A stretch of DNA of 64,000 nucleotides. It comes from Hyphomicrobium sp. (GTDB lineage Bacteria > Pseudomonadota > Alphaproteobacteria > Rhizobiales > Hyphomicrobiaceae). A program made the position numbers and the translations under genes. Of the stretch, positions 1 to 10,786 are shown one piece after another. Numbering within the stretch: the stretch's first letter is position 1; each line of letters begins with the position of its first letter. The notes below the pieces were generated by a model. That model saw only the letters and a list, made by a program, of their open reading frames with translations, searched no databases and had not been told where the DNA came from. The DNA is taken from assembly GCF_041659645.1 (NCBI RefSeq), contig NZ_JBAZXX010000001.1, positions 131,066 through 195,065 on the forward strand. The letters run 5' to 3'.

Positions 1-183
1 GATTGGCGGCTTGTTCGGAATAGGGAAACGGGATGCGTCCTGTCATGCTCGCGACATCCCAATCCCCCGCCAGCGCGGCAATGCGGGCGGCATCGTCGTG
101 GAGGACAGTCCTGAGGTTGAGGCGGGCGGTATTCATGGCGTCCGTGATAGGGAAGTGCGAATTTACGATATGTGTGGGGATCT

Positions 184-216
184 CAAAAGGCAAAAGGGGA
201 CGGCAGAGCCATCCCC
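184..216 (-). terminator. Rho-independent terminator after rplU-rpmA
   Basis: Minus strand reads GGGGATGGC-TCT-GCCGTCCCC followed by TTTTGCCTTTTG, just downstream of the rpmA stop. Confidence 0.8.
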
Positions 217-252
217 GTAGTCTTTGCAACCTGGCTTTGGATCTGGGCGGAT

Positions 253-525
253 TTATTCCGCCGCGATCGCCTTTGCGGGCTTCACCGAGATATAGATGCG
301 GCCGTTGCGCTTGGTCGCAAACTCGACGGTGCCTTCCTCGACGGCGAAGATCGTATGGTCGGTTCCCATACCAACGCCAGAACCAGGATGCCACTGTGTG
401 CCGCGCTGACGGCACAGGATGTTGCCCGGGATTACGTATTCGCCGCCGTAGCGTTTGATGCCAAGGCGTTTGCTTTCTGAATCGCGGCCGTTGCGTGTCG
501 AACCGCCTGCTTTCTTTTGTGCCAT
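253..525 (-). CDS. rpmA: 50S ribosomal protein L27
   Basis: [17 protein letters not shown]-terminus and [10 protein letters not shown] motif; follows rplU. Confidence 0.99.
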   Translation of the reverse strand: MAQKKAGGSTRNGRDSESKRLGIKRYGGEYVIPGNILCRQRGTQWHPGSGVGMGTDHTIFAVEEGTVEFATKRNGRIYISVKPAKAIAAE

Positions 526-555
526 TTCAAAATCCTCGAATGGAGCGGCGGTTCG

Positions 556-870
556 TTATGCGCCTGCGATGTCGGTGATACGCACGACGGAAAGGTCCTG
601 ACGGTGGCCCTTCTTGCGGCGGGAGTTCTTACGGCGGCGCTTCTTGAAGGCGATCAGCTTCGGTCCGCGCGACTGCTTGACGAGTTCGGCGATAACCTTG
701 GCGCCGGAAACGATCGGCGCACCGATGGTGACGTCGGCACCCGAGCCGACCATCAGGACCTGATCGAACTCAACCGTGGCGCCAGCGTCGCCGGGCACCC
801 GCTCAATCGTCACGAGGTCGTCTTTGGAAACGCGGTATTGCTTGCCGCCTGTCTTGATGACAGCGTACAT
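556..870 (-). CDS. rplU: 50S ribosomal protein L21
   Basis: [14 protein letters not shown] ... KKGHRQ signature. Confidence 0.99.
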   Translation of the reverse strand: MYAVIKTGGKQYRVSKDDLVTIERVPGDAGATVEFDQVLMVGSGADVTIGAPIVSGAKVIAELVKQSRGPKLIAFKKRRRKNSRRKKGHRQDLSVVRITDIAGA

Positions 871-1157
871 GGCTCTTCTTCCTTTCGGCCTTTTAGGCCT
901 GTTTCCGCGCCCTATGGCGTCACCGAAAACGGTGAACTTTCAAAAGGTTGCCAGACAATGCCAGCAAGGAGCCTCGGGCAGCGCGTTCAACGCGGGCAGT
1001 TTTACCTGCCCACGGGTGGCGGGCTTTATTGTCGAACTGAGGCCCATTGTCAATTGCGGTGCGGCGTTTCGGCCTTGCGCGTTGCCTTTCGTCGGGCATC
1101 GCAAATGCGGTCCGGCGGGCCCACGTTAAGCGCGATGTCGGGGGTCGAGCAGGGGTA

Positions 1158-2201
1158 ATGATGGCGGTTTCTGCTTCGGCTCCCGGAATTATGGCACAAA
1201 GAGACGCGCTTCCGGCAATTCCGGTGATCGAGACCGGACCAGACTTTCCGCTGGCGACGCTCCGGGCTTGCGGAGACAGAATCCACACGCTGCTCGACGT
1301 CGCGACGTTGCATTATCCGCGGCGGCTTCTTGAGGGCCTCGACAAGGTTTCCCGGGCGTGGCTCGTGCGCTCGAACAACGGATATCTGCCCGAGATTGAC
1401 GCGATCGCGGATGTGCTCGGCCGGCCCGGAGCATATTTCTTTTCGATCAATTATGAGTGGGGCTGCACCTGCCGGGCAGCGCCGTCGCCGGACGGCGGGT
1501 CCGCGCGCCTCATTCGAGTGCTCGACTGGAAGACACCCGGCCTCGGCGCCAATTTCGTATGCGCCAAGGTCGATGGAGCGACCGCCGGGCGTTTCGCGGT
1601 GCTGACCTGGCCGGGCTACACGGGCGTTTTGCAGGTGATGGCACCAGGACGGTTTTCGGCGGCGCTCAATCAAGCGCCGATGCGCGATCCGACGGGTCTT
1701 TTCTATGTCGATTGGGCCGTCAATCGCCGCCGTGTCTGGACGATGCCTTATCCAACGCCCGCGCATCTCTTACGTCGCGTCGCCGAGGAGGCACGGAATT
1801 TCGACGAGGCTTGCCGCACACTGACCGACGAGCGGATTTCGACGCCCGGCATCTTCACACTGGCAGGCATCGCACCCGACGAAACGATCGTCATTGAGCG
1901 CACGGAGCATGAGGCGCGCGTCCGTCGCGGCGAGACTGCCATTGCGGCCAACCATTGGGGCGAACCCGGTTGGAGAGGAAAAGCGCGGGGCGATAGCAGC
2001 TCTGAGAGATCGCGGGCGATTGGAAATATCACGCCGAGCTTCGAACAAGACTTCGCGTGGCTTGCGCCGCCGGTGCTGAACGATAAAACGCGGCTTGCCA
2101 TGGTCGCCGACGCCAAGGCGGGCCGTCTCATCGCGCGGGGATACGAAGCGGATGGGCCTGCAACGCAGTCTCTCGATCTCGAATGGCGCAGCGGAGTTTG
2201 A
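1158..2201 (+). CDS. Ntn-hydrolase (peptidase C45 / acid ceramidase-like)
   Basis: NYEWG|CT autoprocessing-type site, RVLDW and ALNQAP motifs; start chosen at ATG 1158 (1191 also possible). Confidence 0.75.
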   Translation: MMAVSASAPGIMAQRDALPAIPVIETGPDFPLATLRACGDRIHTLLDVATLHYPRRLLEGLDKVSRAWLVRSNNGYLPEIDAIADVLGRPGAYFFSINYEWGCTCRAAPSPDGGSARLIRVLDWKTPGLGANFVCAKVDGATAGRFAVLTWPGYTGVLQVMAPGRFSAALNQAPMRDPTGLFYVDWAVNRRRVWTMPYPTPAHLLRRVAEEARNFDEACRTLTDERISTPGIFTLAGIAPDETIVIERTEHEARVRRGETAIAANHWGEPGWRGKARGDSSSERSRAIGNITPSFEQDFAWLAPPVLNDKTRLAMVADAKAGRLIARGYEADGPATQSLDLEWRSGV

Positions 2202-2499
2202 GCCCGTCGCAGCGATGACCCGATCTAATCGTCGGTAGGCCGTTCCCGCTGACCGTTCACGCCCTTATCAATCGCGCCTCGCGACGGTATTCGGTGAGAT
2301 CCGGAGTTCGTAAAGGGATGCTTGCAAGCGCTTCCGGCATGTCCTAAGAGGGCCGCTTGCCGATCACGGAACGCAGCAATCGGAAGACCACTTCGGTCGC
2401 TGTGCCGTGGGGTTTGCAGGCTCGATAGTCAGCCGCTGGTCCGAGGGGCATACCCCTTTGGTGCCGCAAAGCTGACAATTCACTGCAGATCAAAGGCTT

Positions 2500-2589
2500 G
2501 GAGAGGTGGCAGAGTGGTCGATCGCGCCGCACTCGAAATGCGGAGTACTCGCAAGGGTACCGGGGGTTCGAATCCCTCCCTCTCCGCCA
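2500..2589 (+). tRNA. tRNA-Ser (anticodon CGA)
   Basis: GGAGAGG acceptor stem, anticodon arm CCGCA-CTCGAAA-TGCGG, long variable arm, GGTTCGAATCC T-loop, encoded CCA. Confidence 0.98.
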
Positions 2590-2752
2590 TATGACACAAA
2601 GTAGGCAAAGCTTTAACCAGCTACCCAAAACATGAAGCCGGCGACCGGCGCATGCGGTCTGTCGTATTTGATCGGCGCGGTCTGGTTCAGGTGGTTCGCG
2701 ATGGCTATCGTGGTGTACCGACGCTGTTGCCACTGGCCCCGGTCATGTGCGC

Positions 2753-5113
2753 TCACGGTGCACGATCGCCTTTTGGCACCATCTGCCTCAACGAGCTCAG
2801 GAATTGCGCAACATCAGGCCGTTCCGGTTCCAGGGAACGGAGCAGCTCGACAGTTTGAAGCGCCGATTCATAGTCGCCCGTCTCTATATCGTACGACGCA
2901 AGTGCGTATAGGATATCACGGTCGTAAGGATGCCGGGAAAGGGCGGCTTTCAAAGTTCTCATCGCATCAACCCGCTTTCCGGTATCGTGCAACGCGACGG
3001 CGAGAACGTAGCTGAAACGGGGATCGTCCGGCGAATCCGCCGCCGCCTTTGCGAGAAGCGATATGGCTCCATCCGCGTGTTTCTGACGAACGAGGCTAAG
3101 GCCGAGTGCATGTTCGACCGGGCCAGAATTCGGGTTGGCCGCGAGAGTTCGTCTTAATATTGCTTCAGCAGAGCTCTCATCGCCGTTCATTCTCACTAGA
3201 TCGGAAAGCGAAATGGCGGCCGCGACGAAAGTAGGATCGATCGCAATCGCCTGCTCCAAAGCTTGGCGAGCGTCATTCAGTTGGCCTCGATCCCGATAAA
3301 GAGAGCCGAGATTGGTCAAGGATTCCGGTCGTTCGGCATTGAAGAGTTGCGCATCAACGTACTCCGCCAGTGCCCGATCAAAGGCCTTGCGGTCATCTGG
3401 CGACAACCCCGCCTCCGGCGCCCCTGCAAGTGCCCGGGCGGCGTCGATGCGCACGAGCGCGGACGCATCAGCTAGAAGCGGAATGAGCAGTGTTCTCCGT
3501 GTCGTGGCGTCGGCCCCGGCGATAATGGCGACGGCCGCGCTCCGGACGGCCGCATCGTCGATCTTCAGAGATTTAGCCGCCAGATCCAGCACGTGAGGCG
3601 ACTGAAAACGAGCGAGCCGGGTCAGAGCGCTCGCCTTGGCGATTCCAGAACTGCTCGCAGCCAGGGCGATGTGCTCCAATGCCTCTTGGGCGCCTGGCGC
3701 ACCAAGATCGCCGAGACTGAAAGCCTCGGCAAAGTCCTGGGCCCCGGGATTCAGCGAGTGGTACCAGCTCTCGACAGCTTCCTTTGCCCACTTCGCGGAC
3801 TTGTCCGTATGGCATCGGTTGCAGGCATTGGGGGTCCCAAGAACTATCGAAGGGTCGGGTCGAGGAATTCGAAGCGAGTGATCATGGCGTGCATCGACGC
3901 CCAGGTATGTCGTGGTCGGCATATGACACGAGACACACTTCGAGCTGTCGGAACCGATGGGGTGATGATGATGCATCGTCGTGTCGAACCGCTCAGCAGC
4001 ATGGCATTGAGTGCAAACAGTATTGCCAGCGAAGCGGAGCTTGCCGGAATGGGTATTGTGGCAGTCGGAGCACGTCACACCCGCGGCGTACATACGGCTC
4101 TGCAAGAACGATCCGTATGTATAGACTTCGTCGCGTTGCTGCCCGTCTGGATAGTAGGCATCAGCGTCCAACGTCGTTGGCCGGAATGCATCGAACAATC
4201 GATTAACGCTTTTAGGATCCGAAGAGAACTGTTGTCGCCGGGCATGACAGCCGGCGCAGGCTTTGATTTCCTTATCTGTTATTCGCGGCGTTGAACGTTC
4301 GGCCTGTCCATTCGCCGCCATGGGCCAGCTCGCGCCTTTTCGATCGTCGAGGCTGAACGCAAAGCCGGCATGATCATATGTCAGCGTCCCGTTGGATTTC
4401 GCCCATTCCATGTGCTTCGATGCCGGGCCGTGACAGGCTTCGCAGCCGACACTGATCTCGGACCACGCCGTCTTGAAGGTCGCAGTCGACCGATCGTAGT
4501 TCTTCTGCAGGTTGGTCGAGTGGCACCAGGCGCATTGATAATTCCAATTTTGATCGATGCCCGTCCAGTGCAACGGATCTCCGGAAACGAGCTTACGGTT
4601 GGGATAGAGAGAATACCAACGCTGGCCTCCGGCTTCCTTCGGACGCGCATCCCAAGCGATCCCGAGAGCTTGCAACCGTCCGCCGGAAAGTTCGATTAGA
4701 TATTGCTGCAATGGCGCGACACCGAAGGTATATCGCACCTCAAAGTCCGCGATCTTGCCGTCCGGCCCGTCGGTCCTGACCCAGAATTTTCCATTCTTTT
4801 TAAACAACGTGCTTTCGACGCCGTCTTTGCTGAAGGTCGCCCCGTCGAAATTGCCGAGGACGCTCTTTTCGGTGGCCTCCTGCATAGCGGCTTTATGCTG
4901 AGAAGCATTCCAGTCCGCGTTTTCGGCAGCATGGCAACCGGAACACTGCTCAGAACCTACGAAATGAGCCTCCGTGCCAGTCTTCTCGGAAAGCTCCCTA
5001 CCTTCAGCATTCGCGCGAAAAAAATTGGACTCCGCTCCCCCGAGTAAAGGTGCGAACGCGCATGTGACTGCAAGGATGGTAGCTCGGAAAATAGTAGGCG
5101 GCGCACGAGCCAT
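2753..5113 (-). CDS. Periplasmic octaheme cytochrome c with HEAT/TPR C-terminus
   Basis: Signal peptide; eight CXXCH motifs (CSGCH, CAWCH, CEACH, CAGCH, CSDCH, CTQCH, CVSCH, CNRCH); helical repeats in the C-terminal half. Confidence 0.9.
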   Translation of the reverse strand: MARAPPTIFRATILAVTCAFAPLLGGAESNFFRANAEGRELSEKTGTEAHFVGSEQCSGCHAAENADWNASQHKAAMQEATEKSVLGNFDGATFSKDGVESTLFKKNGKFWVRTDGPDGKIADFEVRYTFGVAPLQQYLIELSGGRLQALGIAWDARPKEAGGQRWYSLYPNRKLVSGDPLHWTGIDQNWNYQCAWCHSTNLQKNYDRSTATFKTAWSEISVGCEACHGPASKHMEWAKSNGTLTYDHAGFAFSLDDRKGASWPMAANGQAERSTPRITDKEIKACAGCHARRQQFSSDPKSVNRLFDAFRPTTLDADAYYPDGQQRDEVYTYGSFLQSRMYAAGVTCSDCHNTHSGKLRFAGNTVCTQCHAAERFDTTMHHHHPIGSDSSKCVSCHMPTTTYLGVDARHDHSLRIPRPDPSIVLGTPNACNRCHTDKSAKWAKEAVESWYHSLNPGAQDFAEAFSLGDLGAPGAQEALEHIALAASSSGIAKASALTRLARFQSPHVLDLAAKSLKIDDAAVRSAAVAIIAGADATTRRTLLIPLLADASALVRIDAARALAGAPEAGLSPDDRKAFDRALAEYVDAQLFNAERPESLTNLGSLYRDRGQLNDARQALEQAIAIDPTFVAAAISLSDLVRMNGDESSAEAILRRTLAANPNSGPVEHALGLSLVRQKHADGAISLLAKAAADSPDDPRFSYVLAVALHDTGKRVDAMRTLKAALSRHPYDRDILYALASYDIETGDYESALQTVELLRSLEPERPDVAQFLSSLRQMVPKGDRAP

Positions 5114-5344
5114 TGTAATTCGATCCTTGGAGAGGATGTGAGCCGATCCGGCGCTTAATTTACCATGTTACTCAATGTAAATAATACTGAATTTCCGGAT
5201 CCTGATTAAGCCGTGCCGGAATGCAAGGAACCTCTGACTTAGATCAAATCCACTGTATGCGGAGGATGTGTCTCTCTCCCGCCACCGTCAAGAATGCCGA
5301 TCTGTGTTAGGAATCGAGTGAAGCGCTCGGCGGTGAGACCATCA

Positions 5345-6214
5345 ATGAAAAACCATCTCAAGCGGACGTCTCGTCTTGTTTCCTTGCTCTTTTGTTTGCA
5401 TTCAGGGGCTGCTCTGAGCGCCGATCTCGGCGCTGCCGAACCATCGCGGGCCGCAGTGCCCGCCAGCAGTTGGTCTTTGATCTTCACGACCTACGGCTGG
5501 ATCCCCTGGATGTCGGGCAACATGACCGTTAAAGGTCGCCCCCTAGACGTTAATGTCGATCCTTCGCAGGTTTTCGGCCATCTCGATTGGTCCACCCTTC
5601 CCGCTTGGATGAGCTATGCCGAGGCTCGCCGCGGGCCAGTAGGCCTTTTCAATGATGTCGTTTACGCAAGCCTCGACGGCTCAAAGGGTTTTGCGAAAGC
5701 GCTTCCGGGCGGAGATCTCCAGGCGAACGTCTCGGTCAATTACACCCAGGCGATCGTGGAGTTTGGCGGGGCTTACGAGGTTTGGGGCGGACACAATCCG
5801 GTGCTGTCGGGTTCGACGGCTATCGACCTTATCGCGGGCGGACGTTACTGGCATCAGGACACAGACGTAGCCGGCACGCTTGCCTTCGATCCTTTTGTCA
5901 AAGAGACGGTGCGATCCGGTTCAGTCGATTGGGTTGATCCGTTCATCGGCTTGAGATTGCGCAATCAGCTTGGAGCCGGTGAGGAACTCATGGTCCGCGC
6001 TGACTTCGGCGGCTTCGGGGTAGGCAGCGACTCCTCGTGGCAGGTTTTGGCCACCTACAATTGGCAGATGTGCGTTCTCTACGGCCATGTCCTAGATGGA
6101 TACGTCGGCTATCGAGCGCTGTCGGTCGATTACTCGCAAGGTTCGGGTGCGACGCGATATGAATACGATGTTTTGCAGCAAGGTCCTGTGGTGGGATCGA
6201 CACTGCATTTCTGA
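5345..6214 (+). CDS. Putative outer-membrane beta-barrel protein
   Basis: Signal peptide, alternating beta-strand pattern, WVDPFIG motif, C-terminal Phe. Confidence 0.75.
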   Translation: MKNHLKRTSRLVSLLFCLHSGAALSADLGAAEPSRAAVPASSWSLIFTTYGWIPWMSGNMTVKGRPLDVNVDPSQVFGHLDWSTLPAWMSYAEARRGPVGLFNDVVYASLDGSKGFAKALPGGDLQANVSVNYTQAIVEFGGAYEVWGGHNPVLSGSTAIDLIAGGRYWHQDTDVAGTLAFDPFVKETVRSGSVDWVDPFIGLRLRNQLGAGEELMVRADFGGFGVGSDSSWQVLATYNWQMCVLYGHVLDGYVGYRALSVDYSQGSGATRYEYDVLQQGPVVGSTLHF

Positions 6215-6530
6215 TTCAGTCGCGGCGTCCTGTGGAAAGGCAGTCGCCCGCTTATGTTTTTGCGGCATCAGGCCGGGGGGAGACCTGATGCCGCCTCGTC
6301 GGGCGATTGCCTCGGATGCGTCCAAAGCTACTTGCTCGGTTCACGGGGGTGATGCGAGCAAACCCGATGGTATCGCCAGCGAGGGACGACTGGCGATACC
6401 CCGCTTATCAGCGACACCCCCAATATGGTTGAATTGATGAAGGTCAAAGGAAGCGGAAAAAATATATTTTCTTCGTTAGACATCATGTCGAGTTCAGTCG
6501 CTAATAAGAAATAAGCCGTCGACGGATCAT

Positions 6531-6544
6531 TTGATGCAAATCAA
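6531..6544. promoter_or_regulatory. FNR/FixK-type binding site
   Basis: Perfect TTGAT-GCAA-ATCAA palindrome in the intergenic region about 180 bp upstream of the arylsulfatase. Confidence 0.75.
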
Positions 6545-6725
6545 ATCTCCGTCGCAAAGCAGCAACGAATACGTTTGACTGCCTTCCGGGTGCGGATCAT
6601 CGTGCTGTCAATTTGGTCTTTCCTCTTGTCGATCGCCGGTCGTGCGCATCGATAAATCTCGGCGAAAATCTCTTCTAGCGTTATCTCCACATGCGGGAAG
6701 CGCGCGTTGGTCAGGAGTTTTCCTC

Positions 6726-9224
6726 ATGAAGAAGATCGCCATCGCATCGCTCTCTATTGCAGCTCTGACATTAATTGCCTTTCCCGCTGATGCTCAGGAA
6801 ATAGCAGGCACGCTCGGATCGCCCGGCGCCACATCCACGATTGACGGACGACAACTTCCGCCTCCTGATCCAAACTTCGGTGGCGTGATCAAGGATGACG
6901 CCCTGCAATCGAAACCGTGGTGGGCGCCTCGGGTCGTGCCACCTCCAAGCGCGCCGAACGTACTTCTCATCATCACAGACGATGCCGGATTTGGCGTGCC
7001 AAGCACATTCGGGGGCGTGATTCCGACACCCACCATGGACCTCATCGCGCAGGAAGGACTGCGTTACAACCGGGTCTTCTCTACTGCACTATGTTCGCCG
7101 ACCCGCGCAGCGCTCATCACTGGGCGTAATCATCACTCGGCCGGTTTCGGCGTGGTCTCCGAGCAATCAACGGGCTTCCCTGGCTACAACAGCATCATCG
7201 GCAAGGACAAAGCCACGATCGGCCGCATCTTGCTCGACAATGGTTACTCCACAGCTTGGTTCGGAAAGGATCATAATACACCGGCGTTTGCAGCTAGTCA
7301 GGCTGGACCATTCGACCAGTGGCCGACCGGTATGGGCTTTGAATATTTCTACGGCTTCGTCGGTGGTGACGCCAATCAGTGGCAGCCGAACCTTTTCCGC
7401 AACACGACGCAGATATATCCCTTTGCGGGCAAGCCGGGATGGAATCTCGTCACCGGAATGGCCGATGACGCCATCGATTATATGACGCGAATACACCAGA
7501 CGGATCCGTCGAAGCCAATCTTCATCAAGTATGCGCCGGGTGCCACTCATGCACCGCATCATCCGACCCAAGAGTGGGTCGACAAGATCCACGCAATGCA
7601 TCTCTTCGACGATGGCTATAACAAGTTACGCGAGCGGATATTCGAAAACCAAAAGCGCCTCGGCGTTATCCCGCAGGATTCGAAGCTCACGCCTTGGCCC
7701 GATGGCGTCCTGAAGCCGTGGGACCAGCTTAGCGACATCGAGAAGAAGCTCTTCATCCGCCAAGTCGAGGTCTTCGCCGCCTATGCAGCTTACGACGACC
7801 ATGAGATTGGCCGCGTGATCCAATCCTTCGAGGATCTCGGCAAGCTTGACAATACGCTGATTATTTACATCAACGGCGATAATGGCACCAGCGCCGAGGG
7901 CGGACCGTTAGGCACTCCCAACGAGGTGGCGTGGTTCAATGGCGTCAATAAGATCCCGGCCGAAGAGCAGATGAAGTTCTATGACGTCTGGGGCACCGAG
8001 CAAACGTACAACCACATGTCAGCCGGTTGGTCGTGGGCCTTCGACACCCCGTTCGACTGGTTTAAACAGAATGCTTCCAGGCTCGGCGGCATCAACCAGA
8101 ACATGGTGGTCTCATGGCCGGCCCGCATCAAGGACAAGGGCGCACTGCGCGAGCAATTTGTCCACGTCATCGACGTTGTGCCCACAATTTTGGAGGCCGC
8201 CGGGATTCCTGCACCGGAGATCGTCGACGGCATCAAGCAGGCGCCGATCGAGGGCACGAGCTTCGCCTATACATTCGATGCGAAGAACGCGAACGAGCCG
8301 TCGCATCACAAGCTGCAGTACTTTGAGATGATGGGCCAGTGGGCGCTTTACGACGACGGCTGGCTGCTGAGCACCAAGGTGAACCGCGCTCCCTGGGAGG
8401 CCTTCGGGCCGGCGAACCCGGATCCCCTGAACAATCAAGTGTTCCAGCTCTACGACTTGCACAAGGACTTCAGCCAAGCCAAGGACATTGCCGCGACAAA
8501 TCCGGAAAAAGTCGCAGAGATGCGCAAAGAATTCGTCGCGGAGGCGAAGAAATATCAGGTCTTCCCGATGGACGCGTCGGTGGCGGCACGCATTGTTGCG
8601 CCGCGCCCCAACATCACAGCGGGGCGCACGGAATTCGTCTACACACGGCCGATGACCGGCCTGCCGCAAGGGGACTCGCCGGTGCTGCTAAATACCTCCT
8701 ACACGCTCACCGCCGACATTGATGTGCCGGAAGGTGGCACGGAGGGCATGATCCTGACTTCCGGCGGTCGCTTTGGCGGTTACGGCTTCTATCTACTTAA
8801 AGGCAAGCCAGTATTTCTCTGGAACATGGTCGATCTTGAGCGCATCAAGTGGGAAGGCGCTGACGCACTTGCTCCCGGAAGACACAAGATTGAATTTGAC
8901 TTCAAGTATGACGGACTTGGCGCTGGCACGCTGGCCTTCAACAACTTTAGCGGTGTCGGACGGTCCGGCACCGGCACACTCAAAGTGGACGGTAATGTCG
9001 TCGCCTCCAAGACCATGCCAAAAACACTGCCAATGATCCTGCAGTGGGACGAGAGCTTCGACGTAGGCTCCGACACTCTGACTGGTGTCAACGACGCCGA
9101 CTACACGCCGCCATTTCCACTGACGGCAAAACTTAACAAGCTCACGATCAAATTAGATCGTCCGCAATTGTCGGCAGAAGATATCATGAAGCTCGAGGCC
9201 GGTATGAAGGCATCGGCGGATTAG
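6726..9224 (+). CDS. Arylsulfatase (Cys-type, formylglycine-dependent)
   Basis: IITDDAG, LCSPTRAALITGR (CXPXR), GKDH and GDNG motifs; CAGGAG RBS before ATG 6726; signal peptide. Confidence 0.95.
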   Translation: MKKIAIASLSIAALTLIAFPADAQEIAGTLGSPGATSTIDGRQLPPPDPNFGGVIKDDALQSKPWWAPRVVPPPSAPNVLLIITDDAGFGVPSTFGGVIPTPTMDLIAQEGLRYNRVFSTALCSPTRAALITGRNHHSAGFGVVSEQSTGFPGYNSIIGKDKATIGRILLDNGYSTAWFGKDHNTPAFAASQAGPFDQWPTGMGFEYFYGFVGGDANQWQPNLFRNTTQIYPFAGKPGWNLVTGMADDAIDYMTRIHQTDPSKPIFIKYAPGATHAPHHPTQEWVDKIHAMHLFDDGYNKLRERIFENQKRLGVIPQDSKLTPWPDGVLKPWDQLSDIEKKLFIRQVEVFAAYAAYDDHEIGRVIQSFEDLGKLDNTLIIYINGDNGTSAEGGPLGTPNEVAWFNGVNKIPAEEQMKFYDVWGTEQTYNHMSAGWSWAFDTPFDWFKQNASRLGGINQNMVVSWPARIKDKGALREQFVHVIDVVPTILEAAGIPAPEIVDGIKQAPIEGTSFAYTFDAKNANEPSHHKLQYFEMMGQWALYDDGWLLSTKVNRAPWEAFGPANPDPLNNQVFQLYDLHKDFSQAKDIAATNPEKVAEMRKEFVAEAKKYQVFPMDASVAARIVAPRPNITAGRTEFVYTRPMTGLPQGDSPVLLNTSYTLTADIDVPEGGTEGMILTSGGRFGGYGFYLLKGKPVFLWNMVDLERIKWEGADALAPGRHKIEFDFKYDGLGAGTLAFNNFSGVGRSGTGTLKVDGNVVASKTMPKTLPMILQWDESFDVGSDTLTGVNDADYTPPFPLTAKLNKLTIKLDRPQLSAEDIMKLEAGMKASAD

Positions 9225-9664
9225 CGAAACTCGGAAAATTCTGCATAGCGACATCTGATCGCTGTGGTCAGTTGGCCGATGTCCGGTTCGGGGCGACGCT
9301 GACGTCTAAGCCTCGCGCCTCGCAACACGCTTGGGTAGCACGTCGATGTCCGCCAACTCGGCACAGCGCCCTTTGGCTCAGAGCATATCGTTCAATGTGC
9401 GCTTATTGGAAGGGACAGCAACAATCTTGACGCTTGGTCCGGATAAAAGCGTGCAATGCAGAAACACTTTTGACTGTTGGTTCAACCGTAAGTGCAGTCA
9501 TAGAGGCGAAACGTCAGTGTACTGACTTTATTACGTGGCGGCAGTAGCGACATTTTCATTCGTCAGCGAACCGTGTTCAGGCGGGTCGGCCGTCACCCCA
9601 CATTCAACCCAACGCCTTCACCCAGACGAACCGAGTAGCTCGCCTTCATCGCGCATCTTCTGCC

Positions 9665-9957
9665 TCAACCGGCCCGCATGAACCCATGTTCAACCGCGCC
9701 AGTCACCGGTAAGTCGGGACGTTGGAACTTCACGCCTAAAACGTTGTCACGTCGATAGACGACCTTGCAGCGAGATGAACCTGTCGAGATTCAATGTGCA
9801 AAATGCATTTCTCTGGGATAGCCGCAGGCCCGGCAATGAAGAGCTTGGCTCCCGTTGCGGAGATATCCGTCACGATGCACTCTGAATATTTAGCCTTTTC
9901 ACTGGTAGCGATTAAACCCTTCAAGAATGACGTATACCGCATTGTTCGACGACGCAT
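9665..9957 (-). pseudogene. PilZ-domain protein, frameshifted
   Basis: RRRTMR (RxxxR) and DISATGAKL motifs; the canonical end RCKVVYRRDNVLGVKF continues in another frame from about 9772 to a TGA at 9665. Confidence 0.75.
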
Positions 9958-10095
9958 GTTTGGCTCCCTTTATTTGACCCAAGCCGTACGCTTCGATCGT
10001 AGGTCGCGGGGATGATGCTTCGATAGCCACGCACATGCCACCTCTCTTCGGTGCCCCTCTATCGGAAAAAGCTTACGCTTGCTTCCGTTGCGAAG

Positions 10096-10121
10096 AACGA
10101 TAGCGGTGTTGACTTGGTTCC
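10096..10121 (-). promoter_or_regulatory. sigma-EcfG-type promoter (GGAAC-N17-CGTT) facing the PilZ gene
   Basis: Exact motif on the minus strand. Confidence 0.65.
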
Positions 10122-10152
10122 GCTAGTCGGGCCGTTTAAGCTTTTTTGCCAA

Positions 10153-10178
10153 GGAACTGCCCGTGATCAGTCGACGTT
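10153..10178 (+). promoter_or_regulatory. sigma-EcfG-type promoter (GGAAC-N17-CGTT)
   Basis: Exact motif 33 nt upstream of ATG 10212. Confidence 0.75.
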
Positions 10179-10211
10179 CAGTCTCTACCGTCACCGCACG
10201 GAGTATAGGCC

Positions 10212-10721
10212 ATGAGTTATGTTGAACAGAGCCTTGGCGACAACGAAACGGTCCATTCCATAGCTGCGTACCCTACTGGCCGTTTCGCTCTTGCGTGGAT
10301 GGTGTTGATCGCCGGATTGGTAGGAGGTCTCGCCGCTACGTTATACGAGCATACTCTTATAGGCGGGCTCTTCGCGTTGTGTGCGGTCGCGGCGTTCTGT
10401 TGGATACTCTACAGGCCCTGGACCACAGAGATCGCGGTTACAAATTTACGCCTCATCTATAAGCGCGGCTTCTTTCAACGCCGTGCAAACGATCTCCAGC
10501 TTTCTTCGATTGAAGAAGTTCGCCTGCGCCAAAGTTTTTGGGGTAGAATTTTCAATTTCGGGCATGTGGAGTTATACGGAACTGGCGTCGCCGACCTAAA
10601 GCTTCCTGCGATTAATGATCCCGTCGCTTTTCAAAAATCCATCCAAGAAGCGCTGGGCGCAGACAAGCAAGAGGCTGAACTTCCTGGTCAACTCGTTATG
10701 CCAAGCGCCAAAGCGTCCTGA
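10212..10721 (+). CDS. Membrane protein with bacterial PH domain (bPH_2-like)
   Basis: Two TM segments, TEIAVTNLRLIYKRG and IEEVRLRQSFWGRIFNFG motifs; GGAG RBS. Confidence 0.85.
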   Translation: MSYVEQSLGDNETVHSIAAYPTGRFALAWMVLIAGLVGGLAATLYEHTLIGGLFALCAVAAFCWILYRPWTTEIAVTNLRLIYKRGFFQRRANDLQLSSIEEVRLRQSFWGRIFNFGHVELYGTGVADLKLPAINDPVAFQKSIQEALGADKQEAELPGQLVMPSAKAS

Positions 10722-10786
10722 CTGTACGGCAATCAAAAATCTGCATACCTATATTCGCTCAAGCATCTGAGCGGATATGTCGACAC

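Noticed and set aside
517-1158. 213-aa + strand ORF
   Set aside because: Antisense to rplU.
2570-2589. Possible att-site duplicate of the tRNA-Ser 3' end
   Set aside because: No second CTCTCCGCCA-type copy found by eye in the window, so no island boundary is called.
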